From: Fibrobacteria bacterium
GTDB taxonomy: Bacteria > Fibrobacterota > Fibrobacteria > UBA11236
Length of the DNA stretch: 18,896 nucleotides
NCBI GenBank assembly: GCA_050486505.1
Contig: JBJHDK010000013.1
Location: forward strand, 24,166-43,061
Direction: 5' to 3'
Positions 1 to 8,247 of this stretch are shown here, piece after piece. Positions within the stretch are counted from its first letter, which is position 1, and each line of letters starts with the position of its first letter. The notes beneath the pieces were generated by a model. The model did not search any database. It was not told the DNA's origin and saw nothing but the letters and a program-made list of their open reading frames with translations. The translations under genes were made by a program, and so were the position numbers.

Positions 1-1
1 C

Positions 2-637
2 AAGGACGCGCAGGCCACTTCCAGGGGAAACTTCTGGAGCGGCATCGTCTCGGTGCCGTTCTTCCTCGTCACCGGCGGCATCGGCCTGGTGGCACTGCAG
101 CTCAATCCCGCCATGGCAGCCAACCTGGCCCTGCCCGAGACGGTGAAGATGGTCGCGCCCATCGGGCTCAGCGGGCTCATCATCGCGGGCGTGATCTCCA
201 TCGTCATGTCCTCGGCGGACTCGTTCCTGAACGCATCGTCGGTGGCGCTGGTGCAGGACGTGTGGAAACCGCTCAGTAAGTCAACCCCTTCGGAGCGGCA
301 AAGCCTGTCCGTCGCCCGCTGGACGAATCTGCTCACGGGCGCGATCGCGATGACCTTCGCCGTAAGCATCCCCAACGTGCTCGACATCCTGATCGCGGCA
401 TACGACTTCTGGGCGCCCACGATCCTCATCCCGCTGGCGGCGGTGCTGCTGGGGTTCCGCGCGGTGCCCGCGGCATTTTACGCGGCGGTGATCGCCGGCG
501 CGATCGGGACGCTGGGATGGGACCGCGTGCTCGACCGGCCTTTCGGCTTCCAGGGATTCCTGGTGGGCACGGCGCTGGCGTTCATCGCCTTCATGATCGC
601 GAACCGGATGGCGGTGCGGCGGAAGTCGTTGGTGTGA
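2..637 (+). CDS. Sodium:solute symporter (SSS) family protein, C-terminal part (5' end outside window)
   Basis: Frame is open from base 2 (KDAQATSRGNFWSGIVSVP...). It contains the SSS-type segment GLIIAGVISIVMSSADSFLNASS..VQDVW and several hydrophobic helices. Substrate cannot be assigned. Confidence 0.85.
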   Translation, partial: KDAQATSRGNFWSGIVSVPFFLVTGGIGLVALQLNPAMAANLALPETVKMVAPIGLSGLIIAGVISIVMSSADSFLNASSVALVQDVWKPLSKSTPSERQSLSVARWTNLLTGAIAMTFAVSIPNVLDILIAAYDFWAPTILIPLAAVLLGFRAVPAAFYAAVIAGAIGTLGWDRVLDRPFGFQGFLVGTALAFIAFMIANRMAVRRKSLV

Positions 638-651
638 CCGCAGCGCGGCGC

Positions 652-674
652 CCCGCCCTGAAGGGGCGGGTTAT
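652..674 (+). terminator. GC-rich hairpin between convergent symporter and proB; candidate terminator or repeat remnant
   Basis: CCCGCCC (652-658), loop TGAAG, GGGCGGG (664-670), followed by TTAT. The U-tract is weak. Confidence 0.5.
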
Positions 675-680
675 ACCAGC

Positions 681-1835
681 CTAGTATACCGCGAGCCGGT
701 CGCGGTGGATCACCTCGCCGGGGCCCTTGCGGCCGAGCAGCGCCGCGATCTCGGAGCTTTTCTTCCCCTTGATCTTCTCCACCTCCGCGGACGCATACGA
801 CACGCGGCCGCGGCCGATCACCTCGCCCGCCGCATCGCACACCTCCACGAAATCGCCCACCGCGAAGGGGCCCTTCACGCGCTTGATGCCCGCGGCCAGC
901 AAGCTGCCGCGCTTCCCCGTGTTCGGCTCGCGCAGCGCGTTCACCGCGCCCGCGTCGAGGTAGAGGCGTCCCTTGGGCTTGGTCACGAAGGCCAGCCAGC
1001 GCCGCTTGCGGTCGATGCGCTTGCGCGGCAAAAAGAGCGTGCCCACATCGCCGCCGCGCACGAGCTCGGGCAAGTCCGCACCGTCGCCGCGCGCCAGCAC
1101 GGCGGGCGTACCCGCCTCTACCGCTTGGCGGATGGCGGTGAGCTTCGCCTTCATGCCGCCGGTGCTGGTCGCGGAACCGGGCGCGGCATCGGCCAGGCGC
1201 AGGATGTCCGGCGTCACGCGTTCCACCACGGCGATGCGGCGCGCGGTCTTGTGCGTCTTCGGATTCTTGTCGTACAACCCCTCCTCGTCGGAGAGGATCA
1301 CGAGCAGGTCCGCCTCGAGCGACTGCGTCACGTCGGCGGAGAGTTTGTCGTTATCGCCGAAGCGGATCTCCTCCGTGGCCACGGAATCATTCTCATTCAC
1401 GATGGGGATCACGCCCTGCTCCAGCAAGGTGCGCACGGTCTGGCGGATGTTGTTGAAGCGCACCGAGTCACGCAGGTCGTCGCCCGTGAGCAGGATTTGC
1501 GCCACGGTCTTGCCGCGTGCGCGGAAAAAATCGGCGTAGCGCTGCATCAGGCGGATCTGCCCCACCGCCGCGCAGGCCTGCTTCTCGGCCAATGCGGTGG
1601 GACGCGCCTTCAGGCTCAAAACGCCCATGCCGACGCCCACCGCCCCCGAAGTGACGAGCACCACCGAGTAGCCGCGTTCGTGCAAGGCGGAGATGCCCCC
1701 CACCAAATGCTCGAGCCGCGTCTCGTCGAGGCCGTTTTCATCGCACAGCACGCGCGTGCCGGCCTTCACGACCAGCGTGCGCACGCCCTGGAAAAGTTGT
1801 TCGCGGACGGAGAGATCGATGCGGGTGTCGGACAT
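681..1835 (-). CDS. proB: Glutamate 5-kinase with C-terminal PUA domain
   Basis: Motifs VVKAGT, LVTSGAV, KQACAAVGQ, PIVNENDSV, FGDNDKLSA and TGGMKAKL, plus a PUA domain ending EVIHRD. Confidence 0.97.
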   Translation of the reverse strand: MSDTRIDLSVREQLFQGVRTLVVKAGTRVLCDENGLDETRLEHLVGGISALHERGYSVVLVTSGAVGVGMGVLSLKARPTALAEKQACAAVGQIRLMQRYADFFRARGKTVAQILLTGDDLRDSVRFNNIRQTVRTLLEQGVIPIVNENDSVATEEIRFGDNDKLSADVTQSLEADLLVILSDEEGLYDKNPKTHKTARRIAVVERVTPDILRLADAAPGSATSTGGMKAKLTAIRQAVEAGTPAVLARGDGADLPELVRGGDVGTLFLPRKRIDRKRRWLAFVTKPKGRLYLDAGAVNALREPNTGKRGSLLAAGIKRVKGPFAVGDFVEVCDAAGEVIGRGRVSYASAEVEKIKGKKSSEIAALLGRKGPGEVIHRDRLAVY

Positions 1836-1866
1836 GGGGGGTAAAAATGCATAATGGGGTCCGGGT

Positions 1867-1882
1867 GGTGACCGCTGTCACG
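1867..1882. promoter_or_regulatory. CRP/FNR-family-like palindrome (GTGA-N6-TCAC)
   Basis: GGTGACCGCTGTCACG in the divergent intergenic region. Its centre (1874.5) falls at -41.5 if TAGGTT (1904-1909) is the -10 element of the 1919 gene. Confidence 0.5.
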
Positions 1883-1918
1883 CCCTGAAATCGCCGCTTG
1901 CGGTAGGTTGGGGGACTC

Positions 1919-3481
1919 ATGTCGTCCGCCGCCTCCCGGGGAGCCTCCTCCCGTTTCCGCGTTCTCTTTCTCTCCGCCGCCGGCTTCTCCGGAATCGTCG
2001 GCGCATGGGAATCCGTCCTCCCCGCCTGCGCCGACTCGGCAAGCTGGGCCGGCGAGCGCGACTTCTGGTTCGAAGCCCCGCTCGAATCCGGACACCCCGA
2101 AGAATGCGACCCCGAAGAATCCCTGCTCTTCTCCCGCGAGCCCGTGCCGTCGCGCGCGCGGGAATCGAACCGCGCCTCCCTCGCGCTGACCCGCGCCCCC
2201 GGCGGCGAAGCGCGCTCCGTGGTCCGCAGCCAGGCCGTCCGCGAGGGATGGACGCACCGCGTGGAGATGCGCGGCGACACGCTGGCGCGGCGGCAGCTCG
2301 GCTGGGAAGGCCACGGCTGGCGCGTCGTCGCGGGCGACCTTGCGGACACGGCCATGCCGGTGTGGCCGCGCGCCTTGCCCCGCCGCGCCCTGCCCACGGG
2401 TTGGCGCCCCGCGCGCGGGCTGCCGGAGGATTGGGCGGAGCTTTCCTCGCCCCTGCCGCAGGGGCTTGCGCTCGGCGTGGTGCAACCGGCGTGGAGGGGC
2501 TATGCCCTGCGCGCGTGGAACCCGGTGGAGTCGGGGCGCGAGCCGCCGTGGCACGACGCGTGGGACATGCGCCACACGGCGGGCGGCGGGGCGCTCACGC
2601 CGACGCCCGGCGGCTGGACGGGATCGCTGCACTTCTCCGACACGCGGGTCACGCGCGAAGGGGTCGACTCGGTGTCGGAGCAACTGGTGGCGGCGGGCCT
2701 CGCGTCGCCCCGCCGCGGCGCGGTGCTGACCGGGATGCTTTCGGAGTCGCGCCGCACCCAGGGAGCCGGGTGGCTGCTCGCCGCCGACCTGCGCCACGCC
2801 GTGCGTGGCGGGAACGCGCGCGGCGCATCGGTAGATCTCACCCTGCGCCAGCGCGACGGCGACTGGGCTTCGTCATGGGATCCCGCGTGGTCACGCGCGG
2901 CGGCGGAGCGCGACACGGTGGATCGCGATTGGGGCGCGGGGGAAGCGCGCCTCGCGGGACGCCTTCCCTTCCGAAGGCCCGATGTGCGGCGCGAGCAGGG
3001 CTTCGTGCGCGGGGAAACCTGGCGCGCGTGGAACCCGGCGGCGGGCACGTCGCGGCAGGGCGTGCGCGGAACCTTCGCGTGGCGCGAGGAAGACGCGCGC
3101 ATCGAGTTCTCGGGCACGCATCGCACGTCGCGCGCCGCCTCGGGATCGGTCAGCCTCTATCGTCACCTGCAGGCGGATACGCGGATGGAATCACCACCGC
3201 GCTGGCGCGTGACGGCGTGGCGCGCGTGGAATCGCGACGGGCCGTTGCGCTCAGGGATGTTCGTGGGCGCGGAGCCGTCCTTCGGTCAATGGATGTTGAG
3301 GCCCGGTCTGCGATTGGAGGTCGATCGTCATGATGCATTGGGGGGACTGGCTTCGCTGGGCCTCCGCTACGGCAGGGGATCCGGCTGGCGTCTCGACGGG
3401 TACGGGACCCTGCCGGTGTGGCCCGCCGTGGATGCGGAGTCAATGCGGTGGCGGGTGACGTTGCATTATTCGGGACGGTGA
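1919..3481 (+). CDS. Hypothetical protein, probably exported or outer-membrane beta-rich protein (520 aa)
   Basis: Fills the proB-rsmB gap. Possible N-terminal signal peptide (RFRVLFLSAAGFSGIVGA), Trp/Gly-rich amphipathic strands, and a C-terminal strand WRVTLHY. Overlaps the rsmB 3' end by 16 bp. Confidence 0.7.
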   Translation: MSSAASRGASSRFRVLFLSAAGFSGIVGAWESVLPACADSASWAGERDFWFEAPLESGHPEECDPEESLLFSREPVPSRARESNRASLALTRAPGGEARSVVRSQAVREGWTHRVEMRGDTLARRQLGWEGHGWRVVAGDLADTAMPVWPRALPRRALPTGWRPARGLPEDWAELSSPLPQGLALGVVQPAWRGYALRAWNPVESGREPPWHDAWDMRHTAGGGALTPTPGGWTGSLHFSDTRVTREGVDSVSEQLVAAGLASPRRGAVLTGMLSESRRTQGAGWLLAADLRHAVRGGNARGASVDLTLRQRDGDWASSWDPAWSRAAAERDTVDRDWGAGEARLAGRLPFRRPDVRREQGFVRGETWRAWNPAAGTSRQGVRGTFAWREEDARIEFSGTHRTSRAASGSVSLYRHLQADTRMESPPRWRVTAWRAWNRDGPLRSGMFVGAEPSFGQWMLRPGLRLEVDRHDALGGLASLGLRYGRGSGWRLDGYGTLPVWPAVDAESMRWRVTLHYSGR

Positions 3482-4824
3482 CCGGTTCGCACCAACGCCG
3501 CGGCGAAAAATCCGTCGTAGTCCGTTTCGCCGGGCCAGACGCGCAGAAACCCCTCGCGGCAGAGCGAACCGGGAACGACACCCCCCGCATCATGCAATTT
3601 GAAGTCGGGGTGGTGCGCCAGGAAGTCGCGCACCACGTCCACGGTTTCTTCGGACTCGGCGCTGCAGGTTGCGTACACGAGACGACCGCCGGACTTGAGC
3701 AGGGCGGACGCGGATTCGAGCAGGGCGCGCTGGCGGGCCGCCAGTTCCGTGATTTTCTCCGGGCTCCATGAGCGGCGCGCCTCGGGTCGGCGGCGCAGCA
3801 CGCCGAGGTTGCTGCACGGCGCGTCGAGAAGAATTCTGTCGAACGTCGCACGGAAAGGCGGATGCGAAACATCCATGTTGACGGCCGCCAGTTCACGGTG
3901 GCCGAGACGGTCGCGCGCGTCGTCGAGGCGACGCAGGCGATGTTCGGACAGGTCGCCGCAGACGATGCGCGTGCCGTCGAGGGACTCCCCGCGCGCGGCG
4001 GCCAGTTCCAGCGCCAGTGCCGATTTGCCGCCGGGCGCGGCGCAGGCGTCGAGCAAGGTCATCCCGGGATGCCAGTCGAGCAACGAAACCACCCAATGCG
4101 CGACCGGATCCTGGAAGGCGAAGAGACCCCGGGCGAAGGATTGGCTGCGCAGCGCCGCCCCCGCTCCCGACACGACGCGGTAAAACCGGGGAACCTCGGG
4201 GTGCGCCTCGAGTTCCACGCCTTCCTCCCGCAGGAGTCCGGGAAGGTCTTCACGGGCATCCTTGCGCGGGTTCGCGCGGACCCACAACGGGGCTTCCTCG
4301 TTGTTGCGTTGCAGCGCGGCCTCGAGCGCGGCGGGCCCCAGCGCCGCGCCCCAGCGCTTGACCAGCCAGTCGGGGTGGGAATAACGCACGGCCATCGCCT
4401 TGAAGGTGTTGCCCTCGGGAAAGCACAGCCCGTCACGAGCGACCGCCTTCAACAGGGCGTTGGCGAACCCCGCCTCGGATTTCCCGAACTCCTGCTTGGC
4501 GATCTCGACGGTCGTGTTCACCACCGCGGAGGCGGGCACGCGGGTGAGGAACAAGAGCTGGAACGCGCCGACGCGGAGCAGCATGCGAAGCTTCGCGTTG
4601 CGGATGCCGCGCGGAGCATGCGCGGAGAGATTGAAATCGAGCAGGCGATGGTGCCGCGTGACGCCGAGACAGATCGTGCGGATCAGCGCTGCGTCATCCT
4701 CGCGCAGGTCGGGGGACACGACGGGAAAAAGGTCCTTGAGAAACGCGCCGGATGTTTCCTGCGCGAGCAGGATTTGCCAGGCCGCACGGCGTGATTCGGT
4801 TCCGGCAACGGGTTCGCGAGTCAT
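3466..4824 (-). CDS. rsmB: 16S rRNA m5C967 methyltransferase RsmB/Sun
   Basis: NusB-like N-domain (LRVGAFQLLFL, FANALLK), YSHPDWLV, DACAAPGGKS, DAPCS and YATCS. Start placed at ATG 4824 because the longer ORF runs through a REP doublet. Confidence 0.93.
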   Translation of the reverse strand: MTREPVAGTESRRAAWQILLAQETSGAFLKDLFPVVSPDLREDDAALIRTICLGVTRHHRLLDFNLSAHAPRGIRNAKLRMLLRVGAFQLLFLTRVPASAVVNTTVEIAKQEFGKSEAGFANALLKAVARDGLCFPEGNTFKAMAVRYSHPDWLVKRWGAALGPAALEAALQRNNEEAPLWVRANPRKDAREDLPGLLREEGVELEAHPEVPRFYRVVSGAGAALRSQSFARGLFAFQDPVAHWVVSLLDWHPGMTLLDACAAPGGKSALALELAAARGESLDGTRIVCGDLSEHRLRRLDDARDRLGHRELAAVNMDVSHPPFRATFDRILLDAPCSNLGVLRRRPEARRSWSPEKITELAARQRALLESASALLKSGGRLVYATCSAESEETVDVVRDFLAHHPDFKLHDAGGVVPGSLCREGFLRVWPGETDYDGFFAAALVRTGHRPE

Positions 4825-4844
4825 GAATCCGTGACAAGGTAACA

Positions 4845-4901
4845 GTAGGGGCGAGCCATGGCTCGCCCTGACGGCAGAGCGCGAGCCGTGGCTCGCCCTA
4901 A
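4845..4901. repeat. GTAG-type REP doublet (BIME-like)
   Basis: GTAG followed by the perfect 20-bp palindrome GGGCGAGCCATGGCTCGCCC (4849-4868), then a degenerate second copy GCGCGAGCCGTGGCTCGCCCTAA (4879-4901). Confidence 0.75.
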
Positions 4902-4977
4902 GGACGAAGCCCGGTGGCCCCGCGCAGAAGTCACCCGTCCACACGGCCGGACGGGGCACCCTGCTACATTCAGCGAC

Positions 4978-5988
4978 ATGATGTTCCGGGATTCATCTTC
5001 CCGCTTGCGCCGGACGGTTCTTGCCCCCGCCGCGCTGGCGTACGCCGCGGGCTCCTGGTTGCACCGGCACTTGTGGCTGCGACCGCGCGTGCAGCCGCGC
5101 GACCACCTCGTTCCACTCGTCGTGGTCGGCTCATTGCGCGCGGGAGGGGCGGGCAAGACGCCCGTCGCGCTGGAACTCGCACGATATCTCGCGGCTTCGG
5201 GGAAGCGTGTCGGGATTCTGGCATACCGGATCGCCGGAGAAAAACGCGCGACCTTCGAAGAGGTTTTTCCCGCGAGCGATTGGCGCGCGAGTTCGGACGA
5301 GGCGGTGTGGCTCGCGCGGGAATCGGCGCGATTCGGGGGGCGTGGGGGGCGCGTGTTCGTGACCCGGGATCGCGAACGTGCCTGGGATGCCTTGAGCCGC
5401 ACCGCTGAGTTCGACGTGCTGGTGTCGGATGACGGCTGGATGGATGCGCGGCTGCAGGGCGCCTTCCGGATCGTGCTCGCGGACCGGAACGAGCGCCCGG
5501 GGTGGGGCGACCTTCTCCCCGCCGGGCCGTACCGACGAACCGCCGCTTCGTTGCGCGATGCGGAGTTCGTTTTGTACCGCGAGGATGCAGCGGATGCCGC
5601 ATCGCACGACATGCCGGAACCGGAGGGGAATGAAGGGTGGCTTCACCGCGAAGTGATCCTGCCGCAGGGATTCGATCGGGAGGAGCCCCATTGGGTCGTG
5701 TGCGGGATCGGGAACCCCCGCGCCTTTTTGGATTCCCTGAAACGGATCGGCGTCCGCATCGCGGGGAGCAGTCCAGGGCCCGATCACGGCCTGCCCGATC
5801 TGCAGCGCGCCAAAAGGTTGGCCGATTCCTGCGGTTCGGACCGTTTTCTTTGCACGGAGAAGGACTTTGTGAAGCTCGAAAAGCACCCGGACGCGCCTTC
5901 AGGGTTGTTCCGTGCAGGCGAACGAATAAGCCTCGATCACAGGCTGTTTTCATGGCTGGATGCGCGTCTTGTCGCCCCAACTTCGTAG
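4978..5988 (+). CDS. lpxK: Tetraacyldisaccharide 4'-kinase (LpxK)-like P-loop kinase, divergent
   Basis: VVVGSLRAGGAGKTP, SDE, DDG, LLPAGPYR, CGIGNP..F, PDH and TEKDFVK match the order of LpxK motifs. Start is ATG 4978 or 4981. Confidence 0.82.
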   Translation: MMFRDSSSRLRRTVLAPAALAYAAGSWLHRHLWLRPRVQPRDHLVPLVVVGSLRAGGAGKTPVALELARYLAASGKRVGILAYRIAGEKRATFEEVFPASDWRASSDEAVWLARESARFGGRGGRVFVTRDRERAWDALSRTAEFDVLVSDDGWMDARLQGAFRIVLADRNERPGWGDLLPAGPYRRTAASLRDAEFVLYREDAADAASHDMPEPEGNEGWLHREVILPQGFDREEPHWVVCGIGNPRAFLDSLKRIGVRIAGSSPGPDHGLPDLQRAKRLADSCGSDRFLCTEKDFVKLEKHPDAPSGLFRAGERISLDHRLFSWLDARLVAPTS

Positions 5989-5999
5989 ATTCCCCTGCC

Positions 6000-8204
6000 A
6001 TGAGACGTTTCTTCGCGCCGAACAGGGTTCTGCAGGCCGCAGCCTGCCTTCTCGCCCTGGCCACTGCCGTCCCCGCGTACGTCGGGCAATGGCACAGCTA
6101 CACCAACCAGCAAATCATCACGTCCCTCATCGTGCACGACGGCCTCGTATTCGCCGGCACGCAAGGCGGCATCCGCAGCATTCACCCCGTGACGTTGCGC
6201 CAGCGCGAATTCGACAACCTCGACGGCCTGCTCGACGTGTGGGTCACCGGACTCGCGCGCGACAGCGCGGGAACGCTGTGGGCGGTTTCACGCAACGGTT
6301 ACGTGCACTCCCTGACGCGCAACGGCCGCCGCTGGGAAGCCTCGGGGCGCTCCTACGCCGCCCAAGGCTGGCGTATGAACGACCGGGCGGTGCTGGCCGC
6401 CGGGGATCACCTTTACCTCGGGTCGCTGAAGGGGCTGGCGGTTTACAGCACCGGAAAAAAAGTCTCCGAACTCAACATCACGCGGTTCCGCGACGCCATT
6501 GACGTCTCCGTGAGATCCTTGCTGAGGCGCGGCGACACGCTGTACGTCGGCACGGAGGCGGGAGTTTTCAAGGCCCCGGTGGACTTCGCCGACCCCGTGA
6601 ATCCGGACCAAGGCGCCGGTTTCGCCAACATCGCCGACCACAACCAGTGGATCGCCGTGGATGCGGATACGACCGCGGGGGGAACCTTCGAACATCTCGC
6701 CTTCGTCGGGGACACGCTGAAAGCCTTCAGGGCGGGGACGCTGTTGCAAGCGCCGGTGCGGGTGGAGGCGTTCGCGGACACATCGACCCCCTTGAGGATC
6801 GGGACGCAGGCCTATCCGCCGTCGATGTACGGCTTCGTGGCCGCCGTATACACGCAGGGGCGGGTCTTCGCGGGAGGCCTGTTCGACCTCGCCATTTCGC
6901 GCAACCCGGCGGGAGATTCCCTCGACGCGGACTTCGTACGTTCGGAGCGCAGGTTCCCCCGCGACACCGTCGCCAACATCGGCGCGAACAACGGACGGGT
7001 CAGGGCCCACTCCCCTGCAGGACTCTGGAACGTCAACGCTTTGGGATGGTTCGACTTCATCGAGACCCCCCTCTACACCCCGTCGCACGAGCTCTACGTG
7101 CGATTCCTGCGCAACGTCGTGGTCGACGACAACTGGGACACCTACATCGCATCGTGGGGGACCGGCCTGGTGCGCGTGCGCGACGACGGAAGCCGATCGT
7201 GGAAGAATTCGGAAAGCTCCCCGCCGACATGCCTGTACGCGCCGACTCCCGGAAACGATTTCACCGTCGCGCATTCGATCAGCCGACCGCGCGGCAACAA
7301 CCTGTACTTCACCATTTTCAAGGGTGAAGGGGTCGGTGACCACCAACTCGCCCACTTGAACCTGCAGACGGACGTGATCTCGTGCCTCGAAACGAACGCA
7401 CCCGGGGGCACCCCGCATGCGGTGCATGCCTTCTCCGACACCCTCCTCGGCATCGCGACCAACGACGGGCTCGTGTTGTATAAAACCCGGGGAGGCGCCA
7501 CCGCCCCGATCACCGAACCGATGGGCGTCTGGACGGTCACGGGCTCGGGAAACCAGGCCTGGGACCTCGCAACGGATCGGTGGGGGCGCCCGTGGGCCAT
7601 CTTCGCGAGCGGCCTCGCCTACGTCGACAGCCTCGACAATTCGCAGTCGCAGCGGCTCGGATTCGTGGACAACTTCATCGGCCAGAACTGCCGCAGCCTC
7701 GAGGCCGATCCCGCGGGACTGTTGTGGGTCGGCTGCGACAACGGCCTCTTTCACGTGCGCACCGAACCTGACGGGTCGGTCGCGAATGTGCGCCGCTACG
7801 GCATCGACGACGGCCTTCTCAGCCTGTACATCTACGACGTCAGCGTCGACCCCTCGAACGGTCGCGTCTGGATCGCCACGGACCGAGGCGTCAGCATGTT
7901 CGAAAGCGCTTCGCACCCGGAGGTTCCCAAGGGCCGGCTCGAGAACATCATCCCCTACCCGAACCCCTTCAGGCCGCACCATGCCTTCGTCATTCTCGAC
8001 AACCTGCCCTCCAACGCGACCGTGCGGATCCACTCGCCTTCGGGCAACGTGGTGCGAATCTTCCAGCCGCGCGACCTGCTCGGCAGCCGGATCCAGTGGG
8101 ACGGCAACAATGAAAGCGGAAGACGCGTCGCGGCAGGCGTCTATACATACTCCGTGACCTCGGGATCGAGCGTCGTCCGCGGCAGGATCATCGTGGCGCG
8201 CTAG
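6000..8204 (+). CDS. PorZ-like secreted beta-propeller protein with C-terminal T9SS-CTD/FlgD-Ig-like domain (734 aa)
   Basis: Signal peptide from ATG 6000 followed by VGQWHSY. Propeller repeats (LWVGCDNGL, VWIATDRGVS, DGLLS..I). C-terminus YPNPF...VRIHSPSGNVVR...WDGNNESGRRVAAGVY. Confidence 0.8.
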   Translation: MRRFFAPNRVLQAAACLLALATAVPAYVGQWHSYTNQQIITSLIVHDGLVFAGTQGGIRSIHPVTLRQREFDNLDGLLDVWVTGLARDSAGTLWAVSRNGYVHSLTRNGRRWEASGRSYAAQGWRMNDRAVLAAGDHLYLGSLKGLAVYSTGKKVSELNITRFRDAIDVSVRSLLRRGDTLYVGTEAGVFKAPVDFADPVNPDQGAGFANIADHNQWIAVDADTTAGGTFEHLAFVGDTLKAFRAGTLLQAPVRVEAFADTSTPLRIGTQAYPPSMYGFVAAVYTQGRVFAGGLFDLAISRNPAGDSLDADFVRSERRFPRDTVANIGANNGRVRAHSPAGLWNVNALGWFDFIETPLYTPSHELYVRFLRNVVVDDNWDTYIASWGTGLVRVRDDGSRSWKNSESSPPTCLYAPTPGNDFTVAHSISRPRGNNLYFTIFKGEGVGDHQLAHLNLQTDVISCLETNAPGGTPHAVHAFSDTLLGIATNDGLVLYKTRGGATAPITEPMGVWTVTGSGNQAWDLATDRWGRPWAIFASGLAYVDSLDNSQSQRLGFVDNFIGQNCRSLEADPAGLLWVGCDNGLFHVRTEPDGSVANVRRYGIDDGLLSLYIYDVSVDPSNGRVWIATDRGVSMFESASHPEVPKGRLENIIPYPNPFRPHHAFVILDNLPSNATVRIHSPSGNVVRIFQPRDLLGSRIQWDGNNESGRRVAAGVYTYSVTSGSSVVRGRIIVAR

Positions 8205-8247
8205 ACGCATTCCTGCTGCGGGAGCGCGGTACCGGGGGCCGCGCCGC

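Noticed and set aside
4825..4977. N-terminal extensions of rsmB (to 4959) and lpxK (from 4858)
   Set aside because: They translate the REP doublet (repeated RASHGS) and overlap each other head to head.
8205..8247. Hairpin GCGCGG...CCGCGC between the convergent porZ-like and GT4 genes
   Set aside because: Short GC stem with no U-tract on either strand, too weak to call a terminator.
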